From NCBI GenBank assembly GCA_965113315.1, contig OZ220373.1: a stretch of 64,000 bases of DNA; one strand, written 5' to 3'. Shown here piece after piece: positions 61,656 to 64,000 of this stretch (positions are counted from its first letter, which is position 1; each line of letters begins with the position of its first letter). The notes beneath the pieces are model-generated. The model searched no databases, was not told where the DNA came from, and saw only the letters and a list, made by a program, of their open reading frames with translations. Both the position numbers and the translations under genes were made by a program. The stretch comes from Podarcis vaucheri. Taxonomy: Eukaryota.

Positions 61656-61791
61656 GGGGTTTTCCCCCCAGCTAGAACTCGGCAGAACACAGTTCCGGCA
61701 ACTCTCACCTGGGCGCCATTGCCGTTATAAGAGAACAAGGGAGGCGTTCATGGTGAGTTCCGGCACCTCTTTTTCCAGAAAAATAGCACTG
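61656..61791. mobile_element. hAT MITE remnant
   Basis: Repeated gttccggca motifs and right end ttttccagaaaaatagcactg. Confidence 0.55.
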
Positions 61792-61964
61792 TATAAGGAT
61801 ATACTATTTTTTGTACCATGAGCTCCAATGTATCCATTGGGCCAAGGCTAAACTGGGCGTAAAGCTGTTATAGTAATCTGTAAACAAACATGTTATTTCA
61901 GATGTTGCCTGCTGAAGAGCTCTGTGCAACTCTAAAGAAGTTGTTTCAAGAAAAGGTATTGCGA

Positions 61965-61995
<31 letters not shown>

Positions 61996-63716
61996 GATAA
62001 TAGGAAGAGTATTAAGTGGCTTCAGAAAAACTAGAACTGCAAAAATATACCCACCCAGTTTAGTAATCCCATGCAACAAAAGATCTGCTTGCAGAGGAAA
62101 TTCTCTAAGTATTTTTCCATTCTTTTCATTGATGTTGGGCTGCCTGCTCCATGGGAAGTGAAAGGCTAATTCATGCAGGAATTCAATGTCTGTACACACA
62201 CTGAGTCGCACATTCGAAGCCTTGTGTTTAAAGCAGCCTTAGGTAAATGCCATTCATGTAAATAAATTATTACTAATCAGTCAGTAGCCTTATTACTTTG
62301 ACTACAAAGCAGGGAGGAGCAGTAAGAAGAACATTGTGCCTTGAACCTGGACGGCAGCCTGTTTGTTGTTATGGTAAAGAGTGCGTTTCGCCTAGTATTT
62401 ATGCTACACATTCAGCTAAATGCGCAGCATTCATTCTGCAAGGAAATAAGTAACATGTGTGCAGCAGCTGTTGCTTGGTAGATGGCATTTACTGCAACTA
62501 TTGGTCATGAATTCTATGCAACGATTTTGAACAAACATTAAGGACGGGATTCACCTAATGAACCCTGCCAGCAGAAGCTTTGTGCAAGGGAACTTCCTCA
62601 TTTCTTCCCTCCCCCTCCCCCCCCCAAACATGCCCCCTTGCCCTGAAATTGCATCTGAGGGGGTCAGGAAAACCCCCAGAACAGCACATACAGAGGGGGG
62701 AATGTTCCATCTGGCAAGCAAATATCCTTGCAGATGGAACCTTGTAATTCCATCCTGAGACTTCAAAATGTTAAAGTAGGACAATAATAAACGCCAACTA
62801 TTACTCTCTGGTATGAACATGTGTAGATATCATACTGGCAAATCAGGGATGGAAACTGCCAAATGGAATTTCTGAGCATTGTATGAGCTGGAAACTGGAA
62901 ACAAACAAAAACAAAAATCTGCTGGGTGCGCAGAGTGCACTGAAGGACTGAGTAATTAATGTTTTATTTCATAAAACTGAGTGATGAGTTCTGCTGAAAC
63001 ATGCAACATTCATCTTAAGTGGAGAGGCAGTCAGAAAAACTACTGGAGCTTACAAAACAGTAAGATTCTCCCCCCCCCCCTTGTTCCTTTCTTCCGTTCT
63101 TGTTTACCCTCTAGGCACTTATTCCTTACCCTCTTGTTTCAGCTAGCTTGCTGGGTCTTTTCAGAGCACAGAGGAAACCTTTCCCCTCTCCCAAATGTGT
63201 AAACAAGTGATATAAAATTCTGTCTTTGAGCACATTTCTAAAATTAACTTTGTAGTGTTGTAAAAAGAGAGTCCTCTGTGATATGTTGGCACTAGAGGGT
63301 CACTGCTGCCTCACACAGAAGCAGCTTGGGGGCACAGATATTCGCCAGCAGGGAGTGCTTACTAACCTAATAAAACAAAGGGAAGTCTTGCTTCGTGTAC
63401 ACCTTGCTTCTGTTTCTTGAACATATTTCTCTCCCCCCCCCCAGACTTAGTGTAAACTTACTTCTCTTGTCTCCTCAGTATCTTGAGATATTCTCAAATC
63501 TGTCTAAAACAGCTGATCATCTTTGTTTCAGACTTCAGACCTCTTTGCGCCCCTGATCACATCTACTATTAATTTTATTTTTATGATTTCTTTTCATTAT
63601 ATAGGTTTCAGTGATGTTGACCTGGGTGCCTAGAGCATTTTCTCCTCTCACTGGTATTAGCAAGATTCCCTCCACCACCCCCTCCACCCCCTGAGACTTC
63701 TTGCCTTCCACTTCGC

Positions 63717-63835
63717 AGAATTATAGAGTTGGGACACTAAGGGTCATTTAGCCCAAACCCCCTGCAATGCAGGCATCTCAACACATGGTCTCCCATCCAC
63801 TTTGAAACCATGCCAGACCCTGCTTAGCTTTGCAA
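63717..63835 (-). mobile_element. SINE with 5S rRNA-derived segment and CR1-type tail
   Basis: Minus strand aagctaagcagggtctggcatggtttcaaagtggatgggagacc resembles the 5S internal control region (aagctaagcagggtcgggcctggttagtacttggatgggagacc). It is followed by cctgcattgcagggggtttgggctaaatgaccc...ccaactctataattct. Confidence 0.7.
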
Positions 63836-64000
63836 ATGTGCTAACAGTTTTATTGCTACACCTCTAGTCTTTGAACAACATACTGTCTTTTTATGTAGAC
63901 ATTAAACTCAAGAAAGGAAGGCATATTTTCTTATATTGGTTTTTGCAGTCACACTGATGTCATTGGAACTGTGCTCAGAAGGTAGTTGGGCACAAGGCAG

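Noticed and set aside
56146-64000. CAMK4 exon 3 (VDKKIVRTEIGVLLRLSHPNI)
   Set aside because: Not found by eye; it presumably lies beyond the window.
1-64000. CRISPR arrays or prokaryotic operons/defence systems
   Set aside because: The DNA is eukaryotic intron-exon sequence with no regular repeat-spacer array. The recurring short repeats are MITE-internal or microsatellites.

Overview
Vertebrate genomic DNA from a squamate, most likely a lacertid lizard (inferred from Sauria SINEs and the young L2/L1/hAT/Tigger repeat content). The + strand carries the last seven coding exons of WDR36 (UTP21; 364-8903, polyA signal 9173). About 17 kb downstream are the CpG-island promoter, exon 1 (25981-26198) and exon 2 (56067-56145) of CAMK4, which is the known vertebrate WDR36-CAMK4 gene order. 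Most of the rest is intronic or intergenic DNA rich in transposable elements, many with readable target-site duplications (TSDs). The most unusual element is a 1,420-bp non-autonomous hAT transposon in CAMK4 intron 1 (42298-43717; perfect 15-bp TIRs, perfect 8-bp TSD). Its interior looks like a captured CpG-island promoter: a ZNF143/Staf motif, a strong-Kozak ATG, 17 codons, a splice donor and downstream DNA containing an old SINE, all antisense to CAMK4. Other notable observations: palindromic Penelope termini carrying a hammerhead-ribozyme-like core in WDR36 introns; SINEs with three different Pol III heads (tRNA-Ile, tRNA-Lys, 5S rRNA) on one shared CR1-type tail; two same-family hAT MITEs bracketing the CAMK4 CpG island; and an expanded Ser/Ala/Pro CAMK4 N-terminus. 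Nearly all other ORFs in the supplied track are spurious. All homology calls are from recalled sequences; no database searches were run.
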